64,000 bases of DNA from positions 76,240,637 to 76,304,636 of the forward strand of contig NC_058135.1 in assembly GCF_016433145.1 (NCBI RefSeq), written 5' to 3'. Positions 23,887 to 37,139 of the stretch are shown one piece after another. How positions within the stretch are numbered: position 1 is the first letter of the stretch; the number at the start of each line of letters is the position of its first letter. The notes beneath the pieces were generated by a model. The model had not been told where the DNA came from, ran no database searches, and saw nothing but the letters and a program-made list of their open reading frames with translations. Source of the DNA: Gracilinanus agilis. Lineage: Eukaryota. The translations under genes and the position numbers were made by a program.

Positions 23887-25169
23887 AAAGTGATAAATAA
23901 AATGTTAATGATACCAATTAAATTTGTGTCCTGTATACAGTTTTTGCTATGCATAGCCAATTGTCAAACTTACAAGCTCACCCCCATATACATACATATA
24001 TAAACATCTATATGCAGATATGTATGAAAATTGTTTTTCAAATTCTGTCTGTGATTTATCAAAATCAATTTTAATGCCCCATGTCCTAACAACTAAAAGT
24101 ATATTATTTTCTGTGGTAGATTTTTATTTTGTCTACTGAAAGTAATAGAAAACTGTGCAGAGCACAGGTTCATTTATCCAGGACTTCACCAAAAGTAAGG
24201 TTTCAAGGCAGAACTTGGACACCAGTATTCTTAATTTAAAGACCAGTTCTTATCCACTGTAACACACTGCTTCTTTTTTTATTGTATTTGTGTTTTATAA
24301 TGCTGAGGACTATGCTAAAGAGATCCTGTTACATGATAATAATTATTAATATGTACTATTATATTATGGTCTATAATATAATAATTAATGTAATAAATTA
24401 ATCCTAGTTTAGATTGAACAACTCTATATTCCCCTTACCTATTCAAAAGTCACAATAATCTCATCATCTCACATAAAACTGAGGACCTGAAGCAAATGAA
24501 AAGAGGTGTTTGAGTAGCCAAAATAGAAATTACAGAGCTTATTAATGGAAATACATACATTTATAACCAGAGGAGACTTCACTTAGATTCTTTTAGCAAC
24601 TTAACATTGGCTGGATTTTTGGCTTTTTATTCACATCATTTCACAGTGCCCATACTTAACTACCCTTCTAAAATTACCGTTCCATTTCCCCAACTAGTGA
24701 TTGGAATTGATTAATTCTTTGGGATTGAAAAGGTTTCATATTGTTTACTAAGAAGATCAGGGTTATCCATGGTGAGCTTGGATAATTTTTTTAAGTCTCA
24801 TTTTCCTTATCTGTTAAATGGGGATCATAATACCAATAGAATATATAATGTCTACAGAGAATCAAATGAGTTAATGTATGCAAAGTGTTTTGCAAAACCT
24901 AAAACCCTCTGAAACATCAGGCTATTTACTCTTCACGGTATTATCCTGTTTCTCTGTCTATGCAACCATCTAAAAGTAGTAAATTAGGGTTGTTACAGGG
25001 CTGCAGGCATTGACAGCAACAGACTATTAGTTGGCAGACAGAAAACCTATAGACCCCTACCAGAACTAAAAACCAATAAATGAACAACATAAAAATAGCC
25101 TTCTAGGGCCATTTAATGGAAGGCTCAAACAGCCCTACACAATTTTATTGCCTTTAAAGGTATCACAGT

Positions 25170-25870
25170 TATCAGAGACATTGTACAAAGTGCTAGAAGA
25201 AAGCACAGAAATCATGTAGTCCTCGTCCCTCATTTTATGGATGAAGAGATTGATGCTGAACAAGGTAATGTGATTTTTCTAAGGCTTTATACGAGCTAAT
25301 GGGGGTATATAAAGTCAAGATGGTGACTAACAAGCAAGAAAAAAGCTAATATTCAGTAGAAGCTAAGGCACGAAGTTGTGCAAAATATTTTAGAAATATT
25401 TCCATTAAAATGGTTACTAATAAAAAAGCAACAACATGGTTTGGGTTTTAGTTAGCTATGAACCTCATTTATGAGAACCAACAATATTTCCAAACCAAGT
25501 CATATAAATGAAGTGTCAACAGATGTATGACAATGTTCCTATTACTGTAATTTAGGGTTATACATTGTGGTGGCTTTTTTGGTGATAGTTGTTATTTTGT
25601 GTAAGAATAAAGTACAGATTATTTCAAGCTATACAGTTGGATGCACTGACATCTGGTAATGTATGCCTTCTGCTTCAGAGTTTATATTTCCTCACCAAAA
25701 TAATGAATAAGTATGGTTATAACATCATGGGGTTTAGAGGTAGAAGAGTCCCTAGAATCAGACAAACCCTCCATTTAGGAGATGAGGAAATCTAGACCAG
25801 AAAAGTGAAGTTACTAGGCTCATAGCTGAACTGTGATTTGAATTTCAATCTTCTATCTCTAAGTCTAATG
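25170..25870 (-). mobile_element. Two MIR fragments (about 25170-25310 and 25720-25870)
   Basis: tcgtccctcattttatggatgaagagattga; aaccctccatttaggagatgaggaaatctag. Confidence 0.65.
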
Positions 25871-26320
25871 CAGTTGTCAGTCGACCATAGGGTGAATTTA
25901 AGCATGTTGGCATTTTTGCCTTTCCTTCTCTAGTACTAAACGAAATGCCTACCACAAAGTAGGCACTTCAGGCCCTGTTAAGAAATGTGATTAAATATCA
26001 TCATTTCAGAAACCATGAATATTACATCTTAAAAATAGTAATGTGACTATGCAGTAATATATTCATTTTAAATAAGCATACATAGGAGGGAGCAATGTGA
26101 TACATAGTATAGTACCATGGAAAGAACAAAGAATTGGATATCAAGGCATCAAGGTTCTAATCCACATTCCTTTTAATTAATTACTTAGATAACCTTGGAA
26201 ATAAATTATAGCATCATAAAGCCAGAAGATATTTTGGCATAAAATCTTTCTGTCTTTGATTCACTTGTATAAATTTGGATACCAGAGCTTGTATTCTCAG
26301 TAAGCCAACATACATTTATT

Positions 26321-26520
26321 TATTTATTTTCATGCCCTCACCTTTCATTTTATAATCAATACCATGCTTTGGTTCCAAGGCAGAGGAGTGGTTAGGCAAT
26401 GGAAGTTAAGTGACTTGCCCAGGGTCACTCAGCTAGGAAGTGTCAGAGACCAGTTTTGAACCCAGGACCTGTCATCTCTAAGCCTGGTTCTCCATTCACT
26501 GAGCCACCTAACTGCCCACT
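26321..26520 (-). mobile_element. SINE1_Mdo-type SINE inserted in an L2 tail
   Basis: ggttccaaggcagaggagtgg...cactgagccacctaactgccc; 15-bp TSD caaca[t/g]acatttatt (26306-26320, 26521-26535); L2 tail continues ...ccaggcacagcacta. Confidence 0.9.
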
Positions 26521-27502
26521 CAACAGACATTTATTAATATATTTATTACATTCCAGGCACAGCACTAATAATTAGGGTTATAGAGAGGCAACTTTTTTAA
26601 GTCTCTACCCTCAGGGAGTTCACAGAAAACATCTGCCCCATTTCAGCTACTCAAACATTGCCATCTCTAAAACAGCTCCCCTTCAAGACCTATAACTGAA
26701 ATTCTCTCTGATCAAAATCTCTTGCTTTTCCAGGTGTTTTCATTCTCACTCCTCAGTCTGTTTTGTTTTGTTTTGGTTTTTTTTGCATTCATCATGGTCT
26801 CCCTCCTTGTTCTATCTCCATTGCTCCATTGCTGTGGCTGTTGTTTCATAATCTGGAACTCATAGTTCACCATTCCAAGAAGACCCTTGGGTTCTTTTTC
26901 TTCTTCTTTCCTAGGATCCATGAACTCTTTGTGTGTATCTCCCTTACATTTGTTGCTTCCTGAGTCCATTATAGATTCAAGCTACTTAACTTTGGTTGGA
27001 TCTTTAGCAATGAACAGCAGGGCTTTTAATTCACATCATATCACAGTGTCCATATCTTCTAAACTAAAATTATCAACCCTTTTTCCCCAACAAGTACCTG
27101 GAATTGATTAAATTCTTTTGGATTGAAATGGCTTCAAATCCTTCTTCATTGAGAAGATTAGAGCTATCTTTGATGAGTTCTCAGCTTATCTAACTTCTTT
27201 AAGGCTTATTTTCCTCAACTATAAAATGAGGATCATAATGCCTATAGAATATGTAATATCTATAGAGACTCAAATGAGTTAGTGTATACAACGTAATTTG
27301 CAGAACCTAAATAAAGCATTCTGAAATATCAACTATGATCTCTCCTGCCACACCTTAAACCCTTACTGTATCCTCATCGATCCTTTCCTCTTTTGCATCA
27401 GCCTCTAAAAGGTGATCTTCCTTCCCAAGGGTAATGTTTATTTATATTCTTCTGATCCTTGCTTCACTGAGTCTTCATTTCTTTTCTCCTAGTTTTCAGT
27501 TA

Positions 27503-27728
27503 GGATGCTGCTAGGTAGCTAGAGTGCTAGACTTGGAGACAGGAAAACCTGAGTTCAAATTTGACCTCCAGCACTAGCTATGTGATCCTGAGCAAGTCAC
27601 TTAACCCTGTTTGCCTTAATCCACTGGCAAAAGAAATGGCAAACCATTCCAGTATCTTTGCTAAGAAAACTCCATGAACAGCATGGTCCAGGGGGTCATG
27701 AAGAGTCAGACACGACTGAACAACAAAA
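27503..27728 (+). mobile_element. MAR1-type CORE-SINE with RTE-derived tail
   Basis: Core + aaagaaatggcaaaccattccagtatctttgctaagaaaac...gtcatgaagagtcagacacgactgaacaacaaaa. Confidence 0.9.
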
Positions 27729-28484
27729 ATCTTCCATTTCTCTCTAAATGTGTTGTTCTTTTCTGCTTATAAACATATTCACGTTTTCAACACTTAGAGA
27801 AAGCTTTGATCTCTGTTGTAGGCTCCCTTTAGAGAGGACTCAGAATTTTCCATCTGTCTTGAAATTTCATCTACTTTGCTTGGTTTTGAATCCGTGAACA
27901 TTATACTTTCCCCAGGATAAGCTCATCACCTGAAATTTCATCATCATGGGGATTGATTTAGTTTTAATACTCAATACCTCATCAGTACCCTCAGTTGTGC
28001 CTCCCCTCTGATTGGAGAACTAGAGAGCAGAGTGATAAACTTCCCAAAGCCTCCCTCTGCTTAGTTTGGACTCCATGAACATCATTCCCTCAAGCTGAGG
28101 GCTTTCTGGCATTCCCCACTTTACCTCCTCTTGCAGCTTCCCTTTGCAAATTGTCTTCTCCCTTTAGAATGTAAGCTCCTTCAGAGCAGAGACTGTCCTG
28201 CCTTTTATTATTTCTCTCTCCAAAACCTTGCACATAGTAAGCACTTTAAAAATGTTTTCTCATGGAAATTCTCCAGTGTCACAGATTGCGCCCCATCCAC
28301 ACCTTCTAATCCTATGTAATTCTCTGCATCTTTTTTTTATAAATACTCCTACAAGGAGTCTTCCCAACATGGTGACCCAGTAGTTTCCTAACATATGTCT
28401 CTGCCTTTTGTATTATCTTTCTCCAATTTACTTTTCACATGGCTACCAACATGATTACTTTAAAACACGGGTATAATTCAGAGA

Positions 28485-28880
28485 TATTTTAGTTCCGACT
28501 CTTTGTAACCTCATTTAGAGTTTTCTTGGCAAAGATACTGTTGTTATTTGCCATTTCCTTCTATAACTTATTTTATAAATGAGGAAACTGAGGCAAACAG
28601 AACTAAGTGAGTTGCTCAGTCACACCACTGATAAATGTCTGGGGCCAGATTTGAATTCTCATCTTCCTGATTCCATCCCCAGGACTCTATCCCCTAAACC
28701 AGTGATGGGCAAACTTTTTAAAGAGGGGGCCAAAGGAAAGGAAATGCTCATCTGTCAGTCTGTTTCTAAGGCAACTCTTTTGAAGTTTCATTGTATTGTA
28801 TCCTACTCATTGTATTCGTCTGATTAGGAATTGGGGCAGGTGGTAGTTTGTCCATCACTGCACCAAACCATAGCTGCCCC
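28485..28880 (-). mobile_element. MAR1-type SINE split by a hAT MITE
   Basis: ttttcttggcaaagatactg...tttgccatttccttc...atgaggaaactgaggcaaacag...ggactctatcccctaaac [MITE] caccaaaccatagctgcccc (SINE 5' end). Confidence 0.85.
28700..28860. mobile_element. hAT-Charlie-type MITE, 161 bp
   Basis: 16-bp TIRs cagtgatgggcaaact (28700-28715) / agtttgtccatcactg (28845-28860), 15/16 match; 8-bp near-TSD ccctaaac / caccaaac. Confidence 0.85.
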
Positions 28881-29224
28881 TCAAAAGACTCCAGATTGTC
28901 TTTATTGCCTATACAGTAGGATTAAAAAAAAAACAACAACACAAAAACCCTCTTTAGTCTGACATTTAAAACTATTTTAGAATCTGTCTCCAACCTACCT
29001 TCCTAGACTTATTCCATACAATTCTCCCTCCCACATTCTATATTCCATTTCACCTAGACTATTAACCTACTATTCCCTAGTCTTTTCTTGTCTCCTCCTA
29101 CCTTCATGCATTTATGTATACCATAGTGATGCTTGTGACACACTATTTCTCTGCCCATTGAAACCTTCTTCTAAGTTAGACTCAGATCATTTGCAGTTTT
29201 TTAGAAGTTGTGAAAGTTTATTTT

Positions 29225-30600
29225 AGCTCTAGAAATATTTTAAAAAATATATTTACTTTTATTTATTTTTACTCTCCCTTTTTCAGAGTTTTGAATTCTG
29301 AATTCTCCTCTTCCTTCTTGCCCCTACTCCACACACTGAGAACAAACAATGCATTATCATGCATATGTATCAAATCATGCAAAAAAAAAAAATCCTGCCA
29401 CTCCTCAAACTCTTGCTTTGTCCTCATCTATCCTTTCCTTTTTCCCATTAGTTTCTAAAAGGTGACCTTATTCATTCCCAAGAGTAACCTCTATTTGTAT
29501 TCTTCTTATCCTTCCTTCTCACTGATCCTTCCTTTCTTTTCTCCTCATCCTCAATTAGGAGACCTGCTAGGTAGCTCAGGAGCTAGAGTGCTTGAGTTAG
29601 GAAGATCTGAGTCTTTATATTCTATATTAGCCATGTTGCAAAGAGAAAAACCAGAATAATTCAATGAAAATTTTATGCTTCAGTCTGTACTCAGACTTGA
29701 TCAGTTCTCTCTCTGGAGGTGGATATCATTTTATATCATAGATGCCTTGGAATTGTCTTGGATCATTCTATTGATAAGAGTAGCTAAGTCTTTCACAACT
29801 AATCATTGTTACAATATTGCTGTTGCCTTGCACAATATTCTTCTGGTTCTGCTCACTTCACTTTTCATCAGTTTATATTAATCTTCTCAGGGTTTTTTTT
29901 CTGAAAACATCTCCTTTATAATTTCTTATAGCACAGTAGTATTCCATCACTATCAAACCACAACTTGTTCAGCGATTCCCCAGATGATAGATATCCCTTC
30001 AGTTTTCAATTCTTTGCTGCCACAAAAAAAACTGCTTTAAATATTTTTTGTGCATATATGTCCTTTTCTTTTTTCTTTGATCTCTTTAAGGATACAGACC
30101 TAGTAGTAGTATTGCTGGGTTGAAGAGTATGTACAGCTTTATAGCCCTTTGGGCATAGTTCCAAATTGACTTCCAGAATAGTTGAATCAATTCACAACTC
30201 TACCAATAGTACATAAGTGGCCCACTAATATTTTTCATTTTCATTTTCTATCATATTAGTCAATCTGATAGGTATGAGATGTTTTAATTTGCATTTCTCT
30301 AATCAATACTGATGTAGAACATTTTTTCATATGACTATAGATAGCTTAGATTACTTCTGAAAACTGCCTCTTTATTTCCTTTGATCATTTATCAATTGGG
30401 GAATGATTCTTATTTTTATAAATTTCACATAGTTCCTTGTATATTTGAGAAATGAGATAATTATCAGAGTAATCCCCCTGATTTCCTATTCTTCTTCTAA
30501 TTTTAACTGCATTGAATTTATTGTAATCAAACTTATCCATTTTACTCCCTACAATCCTTTCTAGCTCTTATTTGCTTGCATTCTTCCCTAATCTATATGA
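29225..30600 (-). mobile_element. L1 3'UTR + ORF2 C-terminal fragment, interrupted at 29393-29613
   Basis: ttttgaattctgaattctcc; cacaacttgttcagc; gggcatagttccaaattg; tttaatttgcatttctctaatc; gaaaactgcctctt. Confidence 0.85.
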
Positions 30601-30619
30601 AATTTTGTTTTAAAAGATT

Positions 30620-31020
30620 TCACTGATCTGCTTCTCTGAAAAAATCATTCCCTTCTAAAGATTTTATAGAACATGTTATATTGTTCATCTCACCTCATCT
30701 CTATCCTCTCCCCCTCTGATTGAAGGGCAGAGCCATTGATTCCCAAATCTCCATTTAAATAGGGACTTCAGCTCAGAACTTTTCTTTATTTCTCACCTGA
30801 CATCATTCATACTCTGAGACTATTGTGCCTTCTCCACCATACCCCAACATAATGCAGCTTTTCCCATCTTCAATTTTCAGCTTCCTTTTTTTGTGTGTTG
30901 TCTTCCCCCATTAAATTGTAAGCTCCTTGAGGGCAGTAGCTGTACTATTTTTTGGTATCTCCAATGTTTAGAATAGTGTCTGGCACATTGTAGGTGCTTA
31001 ATAAATGTACATTGACTGTT
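30620..31020 (+). mobile_element. L2 3' fragment
   Basis: aaattgtaagctccttgagggcag...gtctggcacattgtaggtgcttaataaatg. Confidence 0.75.
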
Positions 31021-32861
31021 GAATTTTGTTATCCACATGTCACACTTAGTTGGATATATGCATGATGTTTTCCCTCTTGATTTGGAAAGTATTTGAGGCA
31101 TCCTTCCCATTCCCCTGGATCCAATTCCATTCTTCAACCATCTCCACATGCCTCTATCACAATGAACCCTCTTGTTTTAATAAGCTAAGAAGGTCTCAAA
31201 AAAACTTATGTAAAATCAAGGACTATATTTGTTTTTCATCTCTGTGATTAGGGCAGAAATAGAATGCTCAGAGATTTTTGTTATTTTTTTAAAATATACT
31301 ATTCTTGCCTTTTGCCAATTTATTTGAATTTGTTGGACATTAACAAAGTATATGTGTATGTATATATAGATATATATTTATCTATAGTTATGTATATGTC
31401 TTTTATTTTCACCTGAAGTGAAAGCACAGGAAGTTTTTAAAAGGTAAACCTTTTACACGATACTCCAAGAGGTGTCTAAACTCAACTTTGCATCTCCCTG
31501 AATTAGCTACCCACACAGTTGATACTTAAGAAAATGTTTGTTGAATGAATGAATGACGTGTTTCTGATAATGTTATGCATTTAATCACCAATCCTCACCT
31601 ACCTACTCCCTTTCAAAGTGCAGTTATGAACTTTTTGTTTTAATGAGGATTTAAATTACAGCATTTCATTTGGGATGTCAGAATACATCCCAGTGGGCGA
31701 ATGCAAAATGCCTTATGATTCATAGGAGGTCAATAAGTTAAGTGATTATAATTGAAGGAAAAAGTGGAAGGAAGCTGTGTATCAGTAGAAAGGCAGCTTA
31801 TTGTGCTCCTGTTATAAAACCAAGTATTTTATGGGGGTGTAATTCTCTCGTTCTGTTCATTGGCGTTCTCTTATTCAACAGTCTTACCTAAAAAGAATTA
31901 TACAAATCCTGGGAAGTTGAGGGCAATAAGTATTCAGAGCTAAATGGGACCCTTTGCAGTTTCCTACTCTGAGATGATACTCTTTTCTTCTCTATAAAGC
32001 TGAATGGAGGCTTGAAGGCTAAGCCTTTGAAAGGAGCCTCTAGGAATTCTCTCATCCTCGGAAAGACCTGAGTGTGAGACTCAGTCCTTAAGAGCACATT
32101 CATGAACTTCATGAACACATTACTCTCTGTTAAATTCAAAACAATCTTACATTAAATCGTTCTTACAGATTGCTCCAGGGTATCAGATTAGACCCTTTAA
32201 TCTCTAGCCTTTCAAGCAGGAATAGGTTCTTAGGGATCTTTTAAAATTTTTCCAATATTTATTCCTTTGACCTCTGTAGATTATGTTCATTGTTTTGATT
32301 TCAGGCTCCAGCTCTGCCACTTTAGTGCTAGTGCAACTATTGGAAAGTCATTTAACTTTTTAGGTTTCATGAGTTTCCTCATCTATAAATGGACAGAATC
32401 AGCCTAGATGACCTCCAAGGTCCCTTTGGGGATCCAGATCTATGTTTCTATGAACTTTCAAGTAGGCTTCAGGAATAATCCTGTTATTGCTGCATAAAAT
32501 GATGGCGTTTTCTTTACCAGAAAACTATTGTATCAGCAAAGATGTAATTATTTAAATTCAGCAATACATCTTTGAGGCACAGGAACTGGATGTCTATATT
32601 ATATATAAATTCCAATCTACCATGGTGGTTTTTTGCTTTCTTTGAAGAAGTTTGAGTACCAAAAATCTAACCAAATAAAGTTGTTCATCTGAAATCCTCT
32701 TTACATCTCTCTTTAAGAATGAACAAGAAGGAATTTTGGTAGGTTTGAGATACTGAAAGACAGTGTTGCTTCATAGTGGAAAGAAACCTGGCCTTGAAAC
32801 CAGGATGATTTGAATTCAAGTCTTGTACCTGTCAATACTGTTTGTGCGACCTTGATATCTC

Positions 32862-33033
32862 TTTTTTTTTGTTAAATCCTTACCTTCTGTCTTAGAATCT
32901 ATATTGGTTCCAAGGCAGAAGAGCAGTAAGGGCTAGACAATTGGGGTTAAGTATCTTGCCCAGGGTCATTCAATTAGGAAATGTCTGAGACCAGAATCAA
33001 ACCCAGATGATCTTCTGAGCCACCTAGCTGCCC
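32862..33033 (-). mobile_element. SINE1_Mdo-type SINE adjacent to/within a MIR (32760-32860)
   Basis: T-tail, aatccttaccttctgtcttag...ttccaaggcagaagagcagtaagggctag...gagccacctagctgccc. Confidence 0.85.
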
Positions 33034-33319
33034 TGACACTGGCTATATTATTATTCTCTAATATGTCTGCCCTTGTTTCCCCCTGTACATCAATAAATAA
33101 GTAGAAGGAAAATTTTTCAGCCATATTCTATGCCTCTCTTTCCTCATGCTACTCCTTCCTGCTTGAAGAATTTTCTCCATTTTTCACCCTTGTCTAAATA
33201 CAGCTTTTCATTCAAAACCCAAACCATCTTATCTGAGCCTTCAATCTTTTTTCCTATTCAAGTGTGACTACTTTTTTCTTTAGACTCCTATCCCATTCAC
33301 ACATATTGTCTAAATTATA

Positions 33320-33950
33320 GATTTAATGTTGATAACGGACTTAAGAGTTCATCTAATTCAAACCTTTCCATTTACAGAGAGGGAAACTGAGTCCCAGGAA
33401 TTTAAAACAACTTGCCCCAAATAGCATAAGTAGTGTCATCCTCCACCTCCAAAATCATTCCCCTTTCCACTGGACCATACTTGGCACTCAGAATTTGTTC
33501 CTTTGTAGTTTTATCTAGAATCTGTCTCCTCAGTTATATTTTAAGCCCTTGCAGGTAGGAATAATTTATCATTTTATATCATTTTAAGTATTTATATAGT
33601 ACCTACAATGTGCTAAGTGCTTTTATCTCCCCTTAATATTATCTCATTGGACCCTCTCAGTAATCCATGTTTTCTATCTCTTTGGATCTCTCATATGTAG
33701 TACTGGGCTCTTAATGTTATAAATACTTAATACATAATAATAATAATAAGGTTTTCAAAAAGCATCATATTTTCTCTCATTTCTTTCTTGCAACAAACAT
33801 CTGAGCTACATGCTATTACTATCCCCATTTTTACAGACAGGAAAACTGAGAGAAATTGCCCAGGATCACATAAATGCTAATTATCTGAACAACCTTTCAA
33901 CTTTTCTTCTTTATTCCAAGTCCAGCATTCTATCTATTCTGCTACTAGCC
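33320..33950 (-). mobile_element. MIR fragments
   Basis: catttacagagagggaaactgagtcccagg; ccccatttttacagacaggaaaactgag. Confidence 0.7.
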
Positions 33951-34617
33951 CTAATTTATTTGTGCTTACATACAATGCATAGGTAGATAGACATAAAAAC
34001 AAATACTTCAACAGTGGTTGAACTGAAGCTCTGCTTTTCTTCTGTACAAGAATGATCCTGTCTGATCCCATTGGTCTTTAAGTGACAGGTCATTTCTAAT
34101 AAATATCATGTAGCTAGTTTCCACATTTTCCCCTCAGGGTTGGAATGTAGCATTGTGTGATAGGTATGAGCCTTCTTCTGGTATGACTGCAATGTTGGGA
34201 CATGGAAAGCCCATACGGGAAGTATGCAGTGTTCAAAGTGCTTTGGCTTTTAGACACTAATGACAGTTAATCATTGTCTTACGGGCCAAAGTAAGAAAGA
34301 ACTAAACTGTTTTATGCTTTCTGTTTTTCCTACTTTACTGTCAAAGTTTGTCATCTGATAATTATAGATGGCATGGTAAATACTTTTCCTTCCCAGGCTT
34401 CTTGCAGGGGAGTTTTAATTTCAGCCGAGTTTCTTCATGCCATTGTGTAGAGCTTATGAAATACAAAGAGAATGAAAAAATGAGAAGGGGAAAGGCTATA
34501 TTTTAGAAATAAGATTGGATAGCGTACTGCCTTAGTACCAAATTACAGTAATCACACTTTTGGAGAAATGCAAGAATAAATAAATGTGAAAGGCATTGTG
34601 GCATGTGCTTTTTTTGA

Positions 34618-34827
<210 letters not shown>

Positions 34828-35149
34828 TGATGCATCATTGAATGTCTGCAAATAAATAAAACAGGCAGCCAAAGAAGTGGGTTATAATGAGGGTAGCCAA
34901 TTATGTTCTTCAGAGCTTTAGGGTTAAGCCTTGAATTTAGGACCAAAATAATTATCATTATAAAATATATTGTTCCTGTGATTGAACAATTAAAATTAAA
35001 TGTGCTGACATCCTAAATCTTAAAAGGAAATAGAGATGTGTAAAGAAAGTGATTTAATTAAGCAACAAAATAAAGTCAATATTTGACAATTTTATTCTGT
35101 AATAGGGTTATATAAAATAAATAATTGGTGTTTGAGAAACATGAGAAAA

Positions 35150-35530
35150 ATAGGTAACATTTATATAGTGTTTTAGGGTTTACATAGGTTTTTACACATA
35201 TTTGGTTCTCACAATAACTCTATGAAGTAGGTGTTATCATTACTTTCCCTATCTTGCTGATGAAGAAACTGAGGTACAAAAAGGTGAAGTACCTTGGGCA
35301 GATTTACACAGTTAACTAGGTAGTAAATAGAGAATGGATCTCAGAAAGATCTGGATTCAGCTTCCACTTTTGAAATGAACTGTTGGTGAGATGCTGGGCA
35401 AGTCACCTGCCCTCTTAGTGTCTCAGACAACTTTAAGACTCAATCTTAGATCAGGTTCAAGTTTGGATAGGCAGAAGGAGTTTTTTTTTTATTGGTAGTT
35501 CTCTATAACAGTGAAATCAGAGGTCTGGTT
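35150..35530. mobile_element. MIR (-, 35150-35320) followed by a CORE-SINE with marsupial-type tail (+, 35330-35530)
   Basis: gatgaagaaactgaggtac; tgggcaagtcac...cagtgaaatcagagg. Confidence 0.65.
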
Positions 35531-35799
35531 AAAAACAAAAACCTTAAAATTTTGTGGAAAACATATTATGGTCCTTTGCTAATACAATGGTGAATTATGG
35601 TTTTGAAGAGTTTATCATTCTTCATGTGTAGGTTGAGACAAACCACCAGTAGAGATGGATTGGAGGCAGATCTGAGAATTAATGTAGAAATAATGTTTAA
35701 CTAAAGTTCATCAGGCTTGTATCTTTCCTATGAGATTAGTGTTATTATTCAGGTATTTTCTAGCCAACTCTTTATGGCCCCATTTTTTTTTATTTATTT

Positions 35800-35995
35800 T
35801 TGTTTTTGTTTTTTGGTAAAGGTACTGGAATGGTTTGCCAATTCCTTTCTGGCTAATTTTACAGATGAGGAAACTGAGGCAAACAGGATTAAATGAGTTG
35901 CCCAAGGTTACACAGCCTTTAAGTGTCCCAGGGAAAATTTGAACTCAGAAAGATGAGGGCTCCCTACTCCAGTCTTGGTACTCTAGTTGCCCCAT
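35800..35995 (-). mobile_element. MAR1-type SINE
   Basis: ggtactggaatggtttgccaattcc...ttttacagatgaggaaactgaggcaaacagg...tttgaactcag. Confidence 0.85.
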
Positions 35996-36329
35996 GAGAT
36001 TAGGACCCTGCACCAGCTGTCCCAGATGGATCACATGATAGCCATTGAAACTGGCATTGAGTAGGAATTTCTCCCACCTCCATCTTCCTCTTAGAATAGA
36101 ATATCAGCATTGGAGATAATCATCTAGTCTATCTCCTCAACTGGTTGTTCCCAGGAACCATCTGTGCCTACTTGGTTCTTCCTGTGCTCCAAAACTGGTC
36201 AGAGGATTCCCGCTTTCAGTGGAGGGATGAAAGTTGGATTCCTGGCATATCCAGTTTGAATTCCAGATACATTTTTTCCACGGTGACTCTAGTAATGTTA
36301 GAATTTTACTACATTTACTACATTTCAAG

Positions 36330-36555
36330 TATAAGAGACAGTGTTGTAAAAATGAGTCTTCAGAATCAGAAAGACCTGAGTTTAAGGCTGCTTCTGACAC
36401 ATCCAGGCTATGATCCTGGTTAAATCACTTAACATTTCAGTACTACAGGCAAATCTCTAAGACTATAAATCTATAGAATACATGCCAGTTGAACATTGAT
36501 AGAGGAATGTTCCCTCATTGGGAATTCTCAATACCAGTGAAATCACAGGTGCAAT
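36330..36555 (+). mobile_element. CORE-SINE with marsupial-type tail (subfamily uncertain)
   Basis: cagaaagacctgagttt...aaatcacttaac...ctaagactataa...gggaattctcaataccagtgaaatcacagg. Confidence 0.7.
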
Positions 36556-37139
36556 GCAAAAGAATATTTTACTTACTTTGATATCTCAGAATGTCCATGA
36601 TATCATCTATATCAATACTCCCTCCACAGATGGAGATCACAAACCCTCCAGACTTTGGGAAATAGTTTGTATGAGCTAAGTGCAGAAATACTTTTCACCC
36701 AATTACTAGTCTTCTGACAATGGTCTTTTTTTGACAAGCCAGGCTCCTGCTGTACCACAAATGAGTCACAGGAGTGAGACTTGAGTGGAATTACATTTAT
36801 CGATAACTCGTTTGGTGGCCTGCACCACAAAAATGATAGTATTGTTCCTTTGGGAAACTGTAATCCAAATTAGAAACAACTTACTTAACAAACGAACTTC
36901 TTGAACACAAGCTGCTTGTAAATGAGGAGTTGTAAATTAGTTGTAAAGACAACTAGATTGGGAATCAGATTTGTTTTCTCATTCCAATTATGCTAAGGTA
37001 ATTAGCTTTGTGACATTAGGCAAATCGCTTACTGTTTCTTTGTAGAATGGAGGAATTGGACTTGATCATTTCTGAGATTCAGTCCTGTGATTCATATAAA
37101 TCTATCAATAGGAGTCTCTGAACCATTTGGTTCAGCAAA

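Larger units (their letters stand above)
28000..29190 (+). mobile_element. L2 fragments hosting a MAR1 and a hAT MITE
   Basis: gaatgtaagctccttcagagcagagactg...cttgcacatagtaagcac (28170-28250); ctccaacctaccttcc...ccttcatgc (28990-29110). Confidence 0.65.

Noticed and set aside
31670-31691. 8-bp stem tgggatgt/acatccca with a CAGAAT loop, resembling an iron-responsive element
   Set aside because: The loop is not CAGUGH, the C-bulge is missing, and the site is intronic.
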